A stretch of 9,771 bases of DNA from positions 1-9,771 of the forward strand of contig JBHGNT010001328.1 in the NCBI GenBank assembly GCA_043228905.1, read 5' to 3'. Within the stretch, counting starts at the first letter, position 1, and each line of letters opens with the position of its first letter. The notes beneath the pieces are model-generated. The model saw only the letters and a list, made by a program, of their open reading frames with translations. It made no database searches and was not told where the DNA came from. Of the stretch, positions 9,101-9,771 are shown piece after piece. Source of the stretch: Azolla caroliniana. Taxonomy: Eukaryota; Plantae; Polypodiophyta. The position numbers and the translations under genes were made by a program.

Positions 9101-9389
9101 TCCAAATCTCAGGTCAAATTACAAAAAATGAATAACAGCGAGAAGGACATACAATTTTATCGAATAGCTCGCCTCCTGTGACAAATTCTAGAACTATATA
9201 AATTTTGGTCTTACTAGCCATAACCTATCAAAGCAAGCAAATGCACATAAGCCAAATCACCATGAAGATGAAAAAACTATAGATATAATATGGAATATGA
9301 GAGAGAATTGAGGATATTCCTCATACCTCATATATTTGAACAACATTTGGATGCTTTATAAGCTTCATGGTTGAAATTTCTCGTTTAAT
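6078..9389 (-). CDS. CIPK23: CBL-interacting Ser/Thr protein kinase (CIPK/SnRK3, intron-rich clade, CIPK23-like); 5'-partial, 13 exons: complement(join(6078..6152,6261..6335,6479..6535,7270..7386,7482..7592,7679..7801,7892..7981,8065..8190,8261..8314,8764..8844,8922..9029,9153..9224,9327..9389))
   Basis: Manual splicing at GT-AG sites gives 1152 nt (383 aa plus TGA) with no internal stop. Motifs: IKREISTMK (helix C), HRDLKPEN, activation loop [51 protein letters not shown] (NAF/FISL), RETRFTS (PPI), [19 protein letters not shown]. The family call is secure. The CIPK23 label rests on recalled similarity ([18 protein letters not shown]; VFQVAP..MVE.RKSGGD), so orthology versus CIPK3/9/26 needs a phylogeny. 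Confidence 0.95.
6261..6335 (-). CDS. CIPK coding exon 13 (75 nt): [25 protein letters not shown]
   Basis: tatag|GTA ... ACG|gttttt; weak donor, but it joins in frame to the expected next residues (FYK). Confidence 0.93.
6479..6535 (-). CDS. CIPK coding exon 12 (57 nt): [19 protein letters not shown]
   Basis: tgcag|ATG ... GAG|gtataa. Confidence 0.96.
6691..6836. repeat. Direct repeat in the intron between exons 11 and 12 (19-nt exact core, offset 127)
   Basis: aaagcataaaagagaacta at 6691-6709 and 6818-6836, each preceded by atggaaata (6659 and 6801). Confidence 0.8.
7270..7386 (-). CDS. CIPK coding exon 11 (117 nt): [39 protein letters not shown]; PPI (PP2C-interaction) region
   Basis: catag|GGC ... 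AAG|gtagaa. Confidence 0.96.
7482..7592 (-). CDS. CIPK coding exon 10 (111 nt): [37 protein letters not shown]; carries the NAF/FISL CBL-binding autoinhibitory motif
   Basis: tatag|GAA ... AAG|gtaacc; the N-A-F codons are at 7547-7539. Confidence 0.96.
7679..7801 (-). CDS. CIPK coding exon 9 (123 nt): [41 protein letters not shown]
   Basis: tccag|CGA ... TCT|gtaggg; end of the kinase domain (WFKKGY) and the junction region. Confidence 0.94.
7892..7981 (-). CDS. CIPK coding exon 8 (90 nt): [30 protein letters not shown]
   Basis: cacag|ATT ... ACT|gtaagc; CPxWFS...RILDPNP motif. Confidence 0.96.
8065..8190 (-). CDS. CIPK coding exon 7 (126 nt): [42 protein letters not shown]
   Basis: tccag|GTT ... 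AAG|gtgtgt; subdomain IX. Confidence 0.97.
8261..8314 (-). CDS. CIPK coding exon 6 (54 nt): [18 protein letters not shown]
   Basis: ttcag|GAA ... GAG|gtaatt; activation loop ending in APE. Confidence 0.97.
8401..8564. repeat. Direct repeat in the intron between exons 5 and 6, 2 x about 63 bp (8401-8463 and 8501-8564)
   Basis: ttcatcccataa.atcatt...tgttaatt...atgaaaatacatg.tcatgc in both copies; one 1-nt indel. Confidence 0.9.
8764..8844 (-). CDS. CIPK coding exon 5 (81 nt): [27 protein letters not shown]
   Basis: tgcag|CCT ... CGG|gtaagg; DFG motif; lies within ORF 8629..8850. Confidence 0.97.
8922..9029 (-). CDS. CIPK coding exon 4 (108 nt): [36 protein letters not shown]
   Basis: tctag|GTT ... 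AAG|gtgctt; catalytic HRD motif. Confidence 0.96.
9153..9224 (-). CDS. CIPK coding exon 3 (72 nt): [24 protein letters not shown]
   Basis: gatag|GTT ... ATT|gtatgt; hinge region GGELF. Confidence 0.96.
9327..9389 (-). CDS. CIPK coding exon 2 (63 nt): [21 protein letters not shown]
   Basis: ggcag|ATT ... GAG|gtatga; kinase subdomains III-IV. Exon numbers assume one upstream coding exon, as is usual in this clade. Confidence 0.95.
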
Positions 9390-9539
9390 CTGCCGAAATT
9401 TACTGCTAAGTTAGCTTAAACATTCTTATCATTTCCAATGAATATATAAATTGGCCACAGGCAGGTCTAAATATCTTGAAGGGGGAAATTCATAAAAAAA
9501 AGTATGCTATTAGTCATAGGCTATTGAAAAAGGAGTTCC

Positions 9540-9771
9540 TAACTTTCTCAAATAACAGCTCTATGCTTGGCCCAGAAAGTAATACCCTGTTTATAAGTTT
9601 AGATAAAAAATTAAATCTTTAATTCTCTCAATTTATATTCCTATGATTGGTCAAGACTTAGCTCTCTGTTCAGGAAATTAGATAATCTATTAAATCTTTA
9701 ACTTTCTCAATTTATATCTGCTTGGTCGAGAATTTTCTCCCTATTCATGAGATTAGATAATCAATTAGATT
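9540..9771. repeat. Minisatellite with a unit of about 80 bp, at least 3 copies, in the intron upstream of exon 2; runs off the window edge
   Basis: Units start at 9540, 9620 and 9699 and share taa(c/t)t(t/c)tctcaa ... tg(c/a)ttgg ... ttagataa ... atta(a/g)at. Confidence 0.88.

Noticed and set aside
9390-9414. Alternative TAG/CAG acceptors 13-16 nt upstream of exon 2
   Set aside because: They lie within about 8 nt of the likely CTAAC branch point, too close for normal use, and would introduce an immediate TAA.
9540-9771. Repeat array as a CRISPR-like locus
   Set aside because: Whole units are homologous with no unique spacers, the context is a eukaryotic intron, and there are no cas genes.

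Overview
AT-rich land-plant nuclear DNA. The right half (6078-9389, minus strand) holds 13 coding exons of an intron-rich CBL-interacting protein kinase (CIPK/SnRK3, CIPK23-like). They splice through GT-AG, phase-0 introns into an uninterrupted 383-aa frame covering most of the kinase domain, the NAF/FISL motif, the PPI region and the stop codon. The first coding exon (start codon, glycine-rich loop, VAIK) lies beyond the right edge. A probable extra intron begins 1 nt after the stop codon and may lead to a non-coding last exon at about 5454. The left half is intergenic retroelement debris missed by the ORF track: a 457-bp solo LTR with a 5-bp target-site duplication (98-554), a 5'-truncated L1-type LINE remnant (about 1215-1955) and a possible Gypsy chromodomain/PPT remnant (about 4100-4190). 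Several short local duplications and an approximately 80-bp minisatellite in the upstream intron are also present. I found no convincing evidence of a new biological system. The best leads are splice-level regulation of the CIPK and the structure of the solo LTR.
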